Shown here piece after piece: positions 7,911-17,212 of a stretch of 43,630 bases of DNA. The notes under the pieces were generated by a model. The model did no database searches and was not told the origin of the DNA. It was given only the letters and a program-made list of their open reading frames with translations. Position numbers and translations under genes: made by a program. The stretch lies in the sequence record MK562503; one strand, 5' to 3'. Position 1 is the stretch's first letter; every line of letters starts with the position of its first letter. This stretch comes from Shigella phage Buco.

Positions 7911-9194
7911 TTGGACTATATCGTAGTTAAGGCCATGTGTACCCGGAAGATATGGCACAGGCTGCGAGAGCAGATACCATCCAGTATGCTGGCACCAGAC
8001 ACGGTGTCTCTGCTGGGCTGGGTGGACCTGTACTGGTCAACGTACCAGGAGCATGCTGAGGTACACGCTGACGCATTCGAGAGCATGCTGAACCTCCGGG
8101 CCGGGGCAGCGCCGAAGGAGCAGATGGATATCCTGCGGCACATGTTCCGAACGGTGCAGCAGGTGCCAGATGATTCAGTGGTGGGTGTAGTACGCACCCT
8201 GAATGAGCTGGCCTACAGTGGGGAGGTGGCGGCGCTAACCCGTAGCTATCAGGACGGGGAGGAAGTAGACTTCATTGCGGAGATGAAGCGGCTTAACCGG
8301 AAGTACGGTGATGGCGCAGCAGTGCAAGACTCCTTGATGGAGTGGGAGTCTGGTTCAGTAGATGATATACTGGCGCAGACAGATGAATCAGGCGGGTTAA
8401 AGCTGAACGTGTTCGGCCAAACCCAGAGGAACATACGAGGTGCTAGAGGTGGTGACTGTATCGCTGTGGCTGCTCCTGTGGATGCTGGTAAAACTAGTCT
8501 CCTCGCTAGTATTGTTGTGGGTTTTGCTGAGCAGATGCAGCAACAGCCCGAGGTCTACGGAAGCCGCCCAATACTATGGCTGGTCAACGAATCCCTTGCG
8601 GCTCGCACTGTGCCGCGTATTTACCAAGCTGCAACGCACTGGACTCTACAGGAGATTCGAGAGCAGCATCAGCACGGTAAGTTTGCCCCGGCCTACCTTA
8701 ACAAGGTGGGTGCGTATGACCGTATTCGCGTTAAGAATGCGCACAGTCTCACTATGGCACAGATTGCAACCCTGATTGAGGAGATGAACCCTGCGGTGCT
8801 GGTCATCGACATGGTTGCAAACGTCCGGGGAGGAACCATGGAGACTGAGCACCAGAACCTGGAGGCGAAGTGGCAGGAGCTGCGCGTGCTTGGCTGTGAG
8901 CACGACTGCGTAATGCTCGGCACCATGCAGTTGTCTGCGGAGGGGTATGACATGCTGTACCCACCGCTGACCGCTATGAAGCAAAGCAAGATTGGCGTGC
9001 AGGGTGCGCTGGACTTAGCCCTGATGATGGGCCGGTTAGACCCGAGCACTAGGCCAGAGATGGTGAACGTACGCGGCATCAGTACACCTAAGAACAAGAT
9101 GGGCTTGTCTGGGTGCGAGTCGTACCTGCAATTCCAAGTGGACTTTCAGGGTGGGCGTTGTAAATTTGACGAAGGGGTAAGTGCTCATGGCTAA
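7911..9194 (+). CDS. Replicative DNA helicase (DnaB/T7 gp4 helicase-like)
   Basis: Walker A-like AAPVDAGKTS and Walker B-like LVIDMV; TTG start at 7911 after aaagaggag (alternative ATG at 7935). Confidence 0.75.
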   Translation: MDYIVVKAMCTRKIWHRLREQIPSSMLAPDTVSLLGWVDLYWSTYQEHAEVHADAFESMLNLRAGAAPKEQMDILRHMFRTVQQVPDDSVVGVVRTLNELAYSGEVAALTRSYQDGEEVDFIAEMKRLNRKYGDGAAVQDSLMEWESGSVDDILAQTDESGGLKLNVFGQTQRNIRGARGGDCIAVAAPVDAGKTSLLASIVVGFAEQMQQQPEVYGSRPILWLVNESLAARTVPRIYQAATHWTLQEIREQHQHGKFAPAYLNKVGAYDRIRVKNAHSLTMAQIATLIEEMNPAVLVIDMVANVRGGTMETEHQNLEAKWQELRVLGCEHDCVMLGTMQLSAEGYDMLYPPLTAMKQSKIGVQGALDLALMMGRLDPSTRPEMVNVRGISTPKNKMGLSGCESYLQFQVDFQGGRCKFDEGVSAHG

Positions 9195-9512
9195 CAAATT
9201 TAAAGTAGGTGACTTCGTGGTACGTACTGCTGACAACTGGGGGGTTGGTGCGCAAAGGCGACGTGTGGCAGGTCAGTGAGGTGGGGGGTATTCGGTAGCG
9301 GTATCAAACTCAAGGGTGATGCAGAGTGTACGTACGACCCGGCTAATTTCAGGTTGGCATATGACGGGGAACTATGCTCGGTCGTCGGTATGAGCTGGGA
9401 CTATGCGGAAGCACAGCGCCTACAGGACATTGCTAAGGCCGCAGTCAAAGCGTATAACGATTACGTCGGGCGTAAACCTGAAACGGTGTTCTTGAAGCTG
9501 GCTGATTACTAG
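9187..9512 (+). pseudogene. Frame-disrupted small gene (about 107 aa if two G6 tracts are read as G5)
   Basis: ATG at 9187 reads MANKFKVGDFVVRTADNWG, then the frame changes at GGGGGG 9239..9244 and again at GGGGGG 9283..9288. All three frames are protein-like in succession and the last runs to 9512. Confidence 0.45.
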
Positions 9513-9568
9513 GTACTTTTACAGGGCATCTCAGGGTGCCCTGTGTAGGTACATAGTGCGGAGGTTGT

Positions 9569-9727
9569 ATGTTACGAGCAAAAGATTTAACCATCGAGGA
9601 TGCCCAGGTTATTGGGTGGTACAGGGGCAAGCCCAGCTACATAGACCTGGCTAGGCTGACAGCATTTCACCTGGAGAGCTCGCACCTGATTGCTCTCCGG
9701 GCCATCGACAAAGCGCGGAGGGCTTGA
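9569..9727 (+). CDS. Hypothetical protein (52 aa)
   Basis: ATG preceded by gcggaggt; stop overlaps the start of the HNH gene. Confidence 0.45.
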   Translation: MLRAKDLTIEDAQVIGWYRGKPSYIDLARLTAFHLESSHLIALRAIDKARRA

Positions 9728-10161
9728 TGGAAGATTGCATTGACCACGGCCAATTGGGCGGGGTTGGCGGGTACGGAAGAGTGCGCATGGGTGGCCGGGT
9801 TACTGGTGCCCACCGCAGAGCTTATTGTGAGGCTAACGGTGTTTCGTTGGACGATATAAAGGGGAAGGTTGTGCGCCACCTTTGCGACAACCCACGGTGC
9901 ATTAATGCGGAGCATCTCGCCTTAGGCACCGCAAGCGACAACATGCAAGACCGCAACCGCGGAGTTAATAATCTGCTTGGAGAAAGGAACCCATCAGCCA
10001 AGTTAACAGCCTCGGATGTTGTGGCGATTAGGGCGGCATATAAATCAGGAGAGACTCAAGTATCTATAGCGCGCCGCCTGGGTTTACGTCAGGGCTACAT
10101 CTCAAAAATTATAACGGGGAGAATCTGGAATGAGCAGCAGCATTCTAATCACAGATTATGA
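9727..10161 (+). CDS. Free-standing HNH homing endonuclease with C-terminal helix-turn-helix
   Basis: HNH signature RHLCDNPRCINAEHLALGTASDNMQD, then a DNA-binding-like helical region (SAKLTASDVVAIRAAYKSGETQVSIARRLG). Confidence 0.75.
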   Translation: MEDCIDHGQLGGVGGYGRVRMGGRVTGAHRRAYCEANGVSLDDIKGKVVRHLCDNPRCINAEHLALGTASDNMQDRNRGVNNLLGERNPSAKLTASDVVAIRAAYKSGETQVSIARRLGLRQGYISKIITGRIWNEQQHSNHRL

Positions 10162-12505
10162 AACAGAAAATCATCCATACTATGGAGGGGTAGCTTCCCC
10201 ATACTGTCCTGACAATTACATCGTAGAATCCGCTTGGCGTATTGACCGCACAAATGATGATGGTACGGTCAACGTCGGGGACGTTGGGAGCGTTCGCTAC
10301 AATAGTCGTGAACAGTTCCTCGCTGCACCACCCTCTGAGTGGCTACCGATACCAAGCGATTGCTGGTTAATAGTGGCCCATAACGCGGCTTACGAAATCA
10401 GTTGGTTTTTATCCTTTGCCCGTAAAGAATTTGAGGACTTCTTAAAGAGGGGTGGGCGTGTCTTTGACACAATGCACGGAGAGTACATTGCCACGGACTT
10501 CCAGAGTATGTATCCGAGCTTGGATGAGACGGCTCCTAAGTATGGTGGTACGCACAAGGTAGACGGGGTAAAGATTCTGTGGGAACAGGGTGTGCTCACC
10601 TCGCAGATTGACCCGATGCTATTGCATGACTACCTGGTGAACGGGGATATCCCGAACACCGCGCTGTGCTTCTACGGCCAGTGTGCTATCTTTGCTGAGC
10701 GCGGGCAGATGCAAATGGTCTGGGAGCGTATGGACGCTGTGCTGGCCTGGGCCTACTGTGAGTTCTTCGGATTGTATGTGAACATGCCGGTAGCCCGGGC
10801 GAACCAGGCGGAGCAGGAGCAGCGCATTCAGGAGCTGAAAGAGGAGCTGGGTAAGTACCTGCCGGAACTGCCGGAGACGTTCGAGTTCAACTGGGGTAGT
10901 AACTTCCATATGTCAGCGCTGGTATACGGCGGACCTATCCGGTACAAGCGCAAGGTCCCGTATGACCCGCCGCAGTATGTAAAAGCCGACTATTATAAGC
11001 TCAATAACGGAGAGCTTATAGAGGTAGATGATTGGGACATAGAGGCGTTGGATACTCGGCTAGTGCAGGAGGGCCTGTACCGCGAGGTTTATAGGGCAGG
11101 TAAGAACAAGGGTCGGCCTAAAGTCTTCCGCGCCGACACCGAGGAGGAGAAGCTTAAGTGGGACGACGCTATCTACACCTTCCCGGGCATCGTCAAGATA
11201 GCAGAGTTGCCAGAGCACATCCGGGAGAAGTACAGCGACCGTGGCGAGTTCAGAGGGGCCCAGACACTACCCGACGGCAGTCCGATATACAGTACCAGCG
11301 GGGACGCCATGAACGGCCTGGCGGCCCAGGGGCACGCCTTCGCTAAGTTGGTGAACGAGCTGGCCGGGTTAGAGAAAGACACCGGCACCTACTACCTACG
11401 CACGGAGTACAACAAAGATGGCTCAGTCAAGAAAGTGTCCGGAATGCTCCAGTACGTTATCCCTCAGTCAGGAGACGGGAGCGGCATTATCCATCACAGA
11501 CTCAACACTTGCAGCACTGTCACTGGACGTCTCTCTGCTTCTAACCCAAATCTCCAGAACCTCCCACGAGACGGCACGAGTCGAGTTAAACAAATGTTTA
11601 CTAGCCGTTTCGGCGACGAGGGGCGGATTACAGAAGTCGACTACTCGGCTCTTGAAGTTGTTATGTCCTGTGTGCACACCGGGGACCTCAAGCTCCTAGG
11701 TCTGCTGCTGGATGGTACGGACATGCACTGTTACCGGTTAGCCTTTAAGGAGGGCAAGACCTATGATGAAGTGTACCACCTCTGTCACTCGGATGAGGTT
11801 CCGGTTGAGGTCCATAAACTTTGGAAAGCCATGCGTACCGAGATTAAACCTCCTAGCTTTGCTGCTCAGTACGGCGCTACGGCTAAAGGTATCGCATTCG
11901 CTACCGGATGTACCGTGGAGTATGCCCAGTCATTCCTTGATAATGAAGCCGCACTATTCCCTACCACCATTGGCTTTCGTGATGTAGTCCGGGAGGAAGT
12001 AGAGCGGACCGGGGCAGAGGGGCCAATGTACCGAGAACAGGGTGATGATGGGCAGTGGAGACTGTACCGCATCGGGCACTGGCGTAGCCCCGCCGGTACA
12101 CGCTACAGCTTCCGTCAGAAGCTGCAATGGAAAGCCCCGCCGGGAGGTGGCCGCAAGGTTCAGGTAATGGACTACAAGGGCACAGAGATTGCAAACTACT
12201 GGTGCCAGGGGGAGGCGTTCTTCCTGATGCTGGTGGCCGCCGGGCAGGTTATGCGGGCAATGGTGCAGCGCGACTGGTTCGATGGGCAGGTGTGTCTGAT
12301 TACGAACGTGCACGATGCGTTGTATCTGGACAGCGCCAATCCGGAGGTAGGCCGGGAAGCGAGCCTGTTGGTTAAGCAGTGTATGGAGGATGCGCCTAAA
12401 CGTATCCATGCCCTGTGGCCGGACTACGGCATCATTGGGCAGGTCCCGTTCCCGGCGGAAGCTGAGATGGGTTTGAGCATGTACAGTAAGGAGAAGATTC
12501 AATGA
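10130..12505 (+). CDS. Family A DNA polymerase with N-terminal 3'-5' exonuclease domain
   Basis: 791 aa; exo motif ILITDYETE, then DYSALEVV, RTEIKPPSFAAQYG and VHDALYLD polymerase motifs; ggggaga upstream. Confidence 0.9.
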   Translation: MSSSILITDYETENHPYYGGVASPYCPDNYIVESAWRIDRTNDDGTVNVGDVGSVRYNSREQFLAAPPSEWLPIPSDCWLIVAHNAAYEISWFLSFARKEFEDFLKRGGRVFDTMHGEYIATDFQSMYPSLDETAPKYGGTHKVDGVKILWEQGVLTSQIDPMLLHDYLVNGDIPNTALCFYGQCAIFAERGQMQMVWERMDAVLAWAYCEFFGLYVNMPVARANQAEQEQRIQELKEELGKYLPELPETFEFNWGSNFHMSALVYGGPIRYKRKVPYDPPQYVKADYYKLNNGELIEVDDWDIEALDTRLVQEGLYREVYRAGKNKGRPKVFRADTEEEKLKWDDAIYTFPGIVKIAELPEHIREKYSDRGEFRGAQTLPDGSPIYSTSGDAMNGLAAQGHAFAKLVNELAGLEKDTGTYYLRTEYNKDGSVKKVSGMLQYVIPQSGDGSGIIHHRLNTCSTVTGRLSASNPNLQNLPRDGTSRVKQMFTSRFGDEGRITEVDYSALEVVMSCVHTGDLKLLGLLLDGTDMHCYRLAFKEGKTYDEVYHLCHSDEVPVEVHKLWKAMRTEIKPPSFAAQYGATAKGIAFATGCTVEYAQSFLDNEAALFPTTIGFRDVVREEVERTGAEGPMYREQGDDGQWRLYRIGHWRSPAGTRYSFRQKLQWKAPPGGGRKVQVMDYKGTEIANYWCQGEAFFLMLVAAGQVMRAMVQRDWFDGQVCLITNVHDALYLDSANPEVGREASLLVKQCMEDAPKRIHALWPDYGIIGQVPFPAEAEMGLSMYSKEKIQ

Positions 12506-12714
12506 GCAATAAATCAAACGGTATTGGCCTGGCTAGTGTACTCGGCGTAGTGTTCGTGACCCTGAAACTGTGCGGGGTTATCAACTGGTCCTGGGTGTGG
12601 GTGCTTGCACCCTGGTGGCTCCCCCTGGTATTAGCTGTATCGCTCATGGCTAGCCTGGGCGCTGTATGGGCTGTACTGTACAGCATAAAACATCTAATGA
12701 GGAATACTAAGTGA
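12502..12714 (+). CDS. Small membrane protein (two predicted transmembrane helices)
   Basis: 70 aa, strongly hydrophobic (VFVTLKLCGVINWSWVWVLAPWWLPLVLAVSL...). Confidence 0.5.
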   Translation: MSNKSNGIGLASVLGVVFVTLKLCGVINWSWVWVLAPWWLPLVLAVSLMASLGAVWAVLYSIKHLMRNTK

Positions 12715-12917
12715 GCGAGATTAAAGTGGGTGACAAAGTTAAGATAATCCGGCACAAAGACTATCCTAATGAAATTTGGGACAAGGGTCACTTTGCTATC
12801 GGTAGCGTCCATACGGTTAAAGGCATAGACCTACACGACCACCTAGGAGTGTATCTCCGGGATGAAGAGGGGGATGATTATCTGATTCTCTGGGCAGAGA
12901 TTGAGAAGGTACAGTGA
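12711..12917 (+). CDS. Small hypothetical protein (68 aa)
   Basis: GTG start after gagga; sequence MSEIKVGDKVKIIRHKDYP... Confidence 0.5.
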   Translation: MSEIKVGDKVKIIRHKDYPNEIWDKGHFAIGSVHTVKGIDLHDHLGVYLRDEEGDDYLILWAEIEKVQ

Positions 12918-12977
12918 GTGTAGGTTTACCCCGGGCGGCACAGGGTGTTAGGGTATCACACAAAACGAGGTGGGTCA

Positions 12978-13073
12978 ATGAATTCTTTTAAAGTATTTGC
13001 ATTGCGTGTCCAAGTTTACATCCTGGCCGCAGTTTCTATCATTATCTTCATGGCACTGTTGACATACGCTTGA
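12978..13073 (+). CDS. Small hydrophobic peptide (31 aa, single transmembrane segment)
   Basis: ATG preceded by acgaggtg; MNSFKVFALRVQVYILAAVSIIIFMALLTYA; below the track cutoff. Confidence 0.35.
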   Translation: MNSFKVFALRVQVYILAAVSIIIFMALLTYA

Positions 13074-13095
13074 ATCTGTGAAACAGGCCCTAATA

Positions 13096-13115
13096 GAATT
13101 CCACGGTATAGTACG
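13096..13115 (+). promoter_or_regulatory. Phage-promoter-like motif P2 (ttcCACGGTATAGtacgac)
   Basis: Shares the CACGGTATAG core (13102..13111) with P1, P3 and P4; followed by aggaga at 13120..13125 and a TTG start at 13132. Confidence 0.5.
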
Positions 13116-13131
13116 ACACAGGAGAACTACC

Positions 13132-14118
13132 TTGGCAAAGACCAGTCTAATTAAGTTGTGGACCAAAGAGCAGCACCAGGCAATCCTGGGTCGCTATTTA
13201 AACAATGAACGGGCAGCAGAAGAGTACAACAGCACCTACGTTGTACACGGCTGCGGCAACCCGGTATCCAGGCAGCTGGTGCGCTACTGGCGCAGCATCT
13301 TCATCGACAATGGCGGCAGCAAAGCGAAGGCTAATCATGGCTTACAAGAAGCGCGCAAACTCATTCAGCCAAGTCCCACTGATGATATTGGAGCTACTCT
13401 GGTTCCTGATGTTTGTCATCGGATTCTCGTCGTTGGGGATTTGCATGCTCCTTATACCCACGCTGATGCTCTTGAGTTTCTAAAGTCCGTCCGGGATGAA
13501 TACTGCCCGGACATGGTTATTCAGGTGGGTGACGAAACGGACGGACACGCAATCAGCTTCCATGACTCCGACCCGAACCTGGACAGCGCCGGGGTGGAGC
13601 TGGAGAAGGCTAAGGTAATTCTGGAGGACGTGCATGCGCTCTTCCCGAATCTACTCGTGTGCGACTCAAATCACGGGAGTCTTGTGTATCGTCGCGCCAA
13701 GGCTCACGGTCTACCGGTACAATTCATCAAGAAGTACCGGGATATTCTGTTTCCTGAGCACGGGGCACCGTCATGGAGTTGGGCGGATGCGTGGGTGCTC
13801 AACACGCCTCTTGGTCCGGTACGCTTCCAGCACCAAGTGTCAGGCGACTTTATGCTTAATGCGTCGCATGAGCGGACCAGTCTGGTTCTTGGTCACGAGC
13901 ACGGGCGATTCGAGGTACAGTACGCCGCTTCCAGCACCGCGCTGTATTTTGGCGCTTACGCAGGGTGCCTTATTGACCGCAAATCGCTTGCATTCGCATA
14001 CGGTAAGTTAACCCGTAAGAAACCAATCCTGGGCGTGATGGTTATCACTGAGGGTTGTCCACAATTAATTCCCATGCTACTCGACGATTCCGGTAGGTGG
14101 GTTGGGAGGGCTAAGTAA
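13132..14118 (+). CDS. Calcineurin-like metallophosphoesterase (possible DNA repair exonuclease or phosphatase)
   Basis: Motifs GDLHAPY, GDETDGH, CDSNHGS, GHEHG. No in-frame ATG precedes the first motif, so the TTG at 13132 is taken as start (alternative GTG at 13078). Confidence 0.7.
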   Translation: MAKTSLIKLWTKEQHQAILGRYLNNERAAEEYNSTYVVHGCGNPVSRQLVRYWRSIFIDNGGSKAKANHGLQEARKLIQPSPTDDIGATLVPDVCHRILVVGDLHAPYTHADALEFLKSVRDEYCPDMVIQVGDETDGHAISFHDSDPNLDSAGVELEKAKVILEDVHALFPNLLVCDSNHGSLVYRRAKAHGLPVQFIKKYRDILFPEHGAPSWSWADAWVLNTPLGPVRFQHQVSGDFMLNASHERTSLVLGHEHGRFEVQYAASSTALYFGAYAGCLIDRKSLAFAYGKLTRKKPILGVMVITEGCPQLIPMLLDDSGRWVGRAK

Positions 14119-14309
14119 TGGCGACGTATCAAGTTAAAGAAGAGTACCGCGAGGTGGTAACGGGTATCCGCACCTACACCGTGGAGGCCAACTCTACGGA
14201 GGAGGCCTGGAATAAGGTGGACAGCGGGGATGTAACACCGGACTCGGAGACCAAAGAGTACAAGGATTCTGACTACAGTATGATTAGCGCATTCATAGTA
14301 GTGCCCTAA
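14118..14309 (+). CDS. Hypothetical acidic protein (63 aa)
   Basis: ORF-track entry; start overlaps the upstream stop (TAATG). Confidence 0.5.
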   Translation: MATYQVKEEYREVVTGIRTYTVEANSTEEAWNKVDSGDVTPDSETKEYKDSDYSMISAFIVVP

Positions 14310-14368
14310 TCCGTTGCGCTCTGCATCTGCACGTAAATTTTATTTAATCTAAACGAGGACGTAATTAT

Positions 14369-15208
14369 ATGACTACTGCTTTTAACCCACTGGCTAACCT
14401 TGGTTCCCTGGTAGACGCTGCTATCGCCACTCAGTCTGTGGATATGACCCAGACCGGGGCAGGTGGCTTCGAGGATGTGCTGCTGCCGAAAGGTGAATAC
14501 TACGGCCACTTTGTTGAGTACGTAGAGTACGGTAAGCGTATTCCGACCAACAAGGGTAAGCCGACTGGTAAACCGGCAGTGCTGAATACCCGCGTATGCT
14601 TCATTGTATACGGCCCTGACGGTGTTAAGAAGCGCATTCGCTCCTGGTATTTGCCAGTGTTCAACTCTGAGCGCGCCAACTTCAAGAAGCTGTTTGACCG
14701 CCTGAACTGCGGTGGGGACATTCAACATGCCGCGCAGAAACTGGGTACGGCCTGGGTTATCCCGGTGGACCAGCATACTTCTGCAACTGGCAATACCATC
14801 AATATCATCGACTACGCAACCATCCGACCGCTGCCGAAATTTGACCCGAACACCGGACAGCCTATCGCTATCCCGGACCTGGACCCGGAGGACGTACGTA
14901 TCTTCCTGTGGAACAATCCGACTAAGGAGACCTGGGATAGCCTCTTCATTGACGGTAAGAAGGATGACGGCACCAGCAAGAACTTCATTCAGGAAGATAT
15001 CATGAAGGCTGTGGACTTCGAAGGTTCACCGTTGCAGCAGATGCTGACCGGGGGTATCCCATCACCGGAAAGTATGGCACCGGTGGCACCCGCAGCACAG
15101 GTAGCTCCGACGGCTCCAGCAGCTCCGGTCAGCCCGGTGGCCCCGGCTGCGCCTGCCGCACCAGTGGCACCACAGGCTCCGCAAGCCCCGGCAGCACCGA
15201 CTGCCTGA
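14369..15208 (+). CDS. Hypothetical protein with Pro/Ala-rich low-complexity C-terminal tail
   Basis: 279 aa; acgaggac upstream; the last roughly 45 residues are APVAPAAQVAPTAPAAPVSPVAPAAPAAPVAPQAPQAPAAPTA. Confidence 0.65.
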   Translation: MTTAFNPLANLGSLVDAAIATQSVDMTQTGAGGFEDVLLPKGEYYGHFVEYVEYGKRIPTNKGKPTGKPAVLNTRVCFIVYGPDGVKKRIRSWYLPVFNSERANFKKLFDRLNCGGDIQHAAQKLGTAWVIPVDQHTSATGNTINIIDYATIRPLPKFDPNTGQPIAIPDLDPEDVRIFLWNNPTKETWDSLFIDGKKDDGTSKNFIQEDIMKAVDFEGSPLQQMLTGGIPSPESMAPVAPAAQVAPTAPAAPVSPVAPAAPAAPVAPQAPQAPAAPTA

Positions 15209-15279
15209 ACTCCTGACGACTACTGGTCTGATGATTGCCCCTTCTAATTAAAGGGCCCCACGGGGTCCCTGGAGATTAT

Positions 15280-15534
15280 ATGAACCTGATTAAGATTTTA
15301 GTTAAGCTGCTGGACAAAGCCTACCATGCGGAAGCCCGTAAACATCAGAGGGCAGCAGATAAGCACGCTGCCGATTCCCAACGCCACCACCAGGCGGCGG
15401 AGCAACTGCGTGCACAAGCAGCTGCCGCTGTAGGTGCCGGGGTTTCCAGCGCGCGTAGCTCTGAGCTCGCGTATAATCGGGCCAAGAAGATCCAGGCCAA
15501 AGCCGCCCAAGTATCCCAGTTCTTCACTGTGTAA
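15280..15534 (+). CDS. Hypothetical helical basic protein (84 aa)
   Basis: Internal ATG of ORF 15235..15534 preceded by ggaga. Confidence 0.5.
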   Translation: MNLIKILVKLLDKAYHAEARKHQRAADKHAADSQRHHQAAEQLRAQAAAAVGAGVSSARSSELAYNRAKKIQAKAAQVSQFFTV

Positions 15535-15543
15535 GGAGTAATA

Positions 15544-15903
15544 ATGACTGATAAACTACTGCATGCATACCTCCGGGTAGCCGAGGCTATTGGTAATTAT
15601 GTAGCCATGAACAGGGAGGTGGCCGGAGTAAAGGTGGCGCTATATGACCTGGCTGCTCTGTACGGCATTGACCTGGCTGCGTACGAGAAAGAAATCCTGG
15701 AGCGCAACGATATCCCGGGGCAGGCGGACAGCCTACGTGGTGACCCGCTGGTAGAGGTGCGTATGACCGGCACCCTGGCGCAGGGCCTGGCAGATATCGC
15801 CAGCTGTGTCTATGACCCGGAGACAGGTCTGCAAATGGCCGAAATTACCGGGCAAGTTCTGGGCACTGTATTAATTATTCAGGAGTATGAGAATGCGCTC
15901 TAA
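15544..15903 (+). CDS. Hypothetical all-helical protein (119 aa)
   Basis: ORF-track entry; aggag upstream; faint, unverified MazG-like helical pattern. Confidence 0.55.
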   Translation: MTDKLLHAYLRVAEAIGNYVAMNREVAGVKVALYDLAALYGIDLAAYEKEILERNDIPGQADSLRGDPLVEVRMTGTLAQGLADIASCVYDPETGLQMAEITGQVLGTVLIIQEYENAL

Positions 15904-16084
15904 ACTATCTATTCTTTTTGCTGCTCCAGCAGGGCTGCTTATGGCCACCGGTATTGTTCTACTGGGCCTGGGCGGCCTGATTGCTGGGCAAGGTTTCTTA
16001 CGCCCCACTCGTATCCTTTCAGAAGAATTCCGAGATGCCTTGGTCACAGCCAAGGCGCGCCTCCTGGCGAGTAGGCGCAAATGA
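15893..16084 (+). CDS. Small membrane protein (63 aa)
   Basis: ATG at 15893 after caggag; hydrophobic core LSILFAAPAGLLMATGIVLLGLGGLIAG. Confidence 0.45.
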   Translation: MRSKLSILFAAPAGLLMATGIVLLGLGGLIAGQGFLRPTRILSEEFRDALVTAKARLLASRRK

Positions 16085-17025
16085 TTATCCGGGGGCTGGA
16101 CCTAGCGAATCTGGGGGAACAGCTAGCCCCCGCCAACCCCGGTAAGGTATTGCTGCTGGACGGGGACTTCCTGGTGTACAAGGCAGCGGCAACTGTCAAG
16201 ACCCTGCCTACCGCTATCCGGCGCTTCTACCAGCTGGTGCTGGAGGAGATGTTTCTGGTTGGGGTGCAAGAGTGCTTCGTGTATCTGACTCCCACTGGGT
16301 GTGCTAAGTGCAACCGCTGGCATCTGCCGACGGTGAAGCCCTACCAGGGACAGCGGGCTAATCGCGTGGAGCTGCCCCTTAAGGGACCTCTGAAAACGCA
16401 CCTATTGAATAACCCGGACGAGTACAGCAGCCAGAATATTCAGGTAGTCGGGAGCATGTTCTATGAAGCTGATGACCTGATAGTAATGGACTCCTACGCT
16501 TTCAAGGAGCGCTGCATCGTTAGCTCCGGGGATAAGGACCTATGGTTAAGTCCCTGGGCCAGGATGAATGCGGAGACCGGAGAGGTCTGGGCACCGCTGG
16601 AGGACTCCTACGGCTGGATTGAGTGGGATGAGACCAAGGCTATGCCTGTGCGTGGGCACGGTCTGAAGTTCTTCTGGTGGCAAATGCTGGCTGGGGATGA
16701 GGCAGATAACATCAAAGGCATCCGTACGCTGCATGGGCGGCTCTGTGGCAAGGCTACGGCCTTCCAGGCTATCAACCCTATGGCTACAGCGGACGAGGCC
16801 GCAGAGCTCGTTATAGGAGCTTACGCAGCAATCAATCAAGACCCCTTAGCTGAGGCTGAGGCACTGTTTCTGAGACGGCATGAGCGGGACTCTGGTTATG
16901 AGTACATTATGTCGGTGCTGGCTAATCCTGCTTACAGGGACTGGCTCACCAGTCTCAGGGATTATCACACACAGCACATTCAGTATGTGCAGGAGCTTTC
17001 GCTTTATGGCATCGAAGAAACGTAG
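16081..17025 (+). CDS. 5'-3' exonuclease (FEN/T7 gene 6-like)
   Basis: N-terminal LLDGDFLVYKAA, acidic GDKDL, and GDEADNIKGI helix-hairpin-helix-like motif. Confidence 0.75.
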   Translation: MIIRGLDLANLGEQLAPANPGKVLLLDGDFLVYKAAATVKTLPTAIRRFYQLVLEEMFLVGVQECFVYLTPTGCAKCNRWHLPTVKPYQGQRANRVELPLKGPLKTHLLNNPDEYSSQNIQVVGSMFYEADDLIVMDSYAFKERCIVSSGDKDLWLSPWARMNAETGEVWAPLEDSYGWIEWDETKAMPVRGHGLKFFWWQMLAGDEADNIKGIRTLHGRLCGKATAFQAINPMATADEAAELVIGAYAAINQDPLAEAEALFLRRHERDSGYEYIMSVLANPAYRDWLTSLRDYHTQHIQYVQELSLYGIEET

Positions 17026-17212
17026 TGCAAAGGAGCTGCGGCTCCTGGCCCTGGAACTCTACTTTACGGAGAAGCATGATGAACTCGAATTGGTTATGTC
17101 TGAAATGGCTGAACGGTTCCCAAGAACACATCGAAGCACGGTTAAAGAGCTGGATTCTATCATTCACGAACAACATGACCTGGATTGCGTAGGGGAGATT
17201 AAACTATGCTGA
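17006..17212 (+). CDS. Hypothetical protein (68 aa)
   Basis: Internal ATG of ORF 16880..17212 preceded by aggagc; overlaps the end of the exonuclease gene. Confidence 0.4.
   Translation: MASKKRSAKELRLLALELYFTEKHDELELVMSEMAERFPRTHRSTVKELDSIIHEQHDLDCVGEIKLC

Noticed and set aside
13078-14118. ATP-dependent DNA ligase in the replication module
   Set aside because: No ORF between the polymerase and the RNAP carries a KxDG adenylation motif; the nearest candidate is a calcineurin-like phosphoesterase. Ligase appears absent, though a divergent one cannot be excluded without profile searches.
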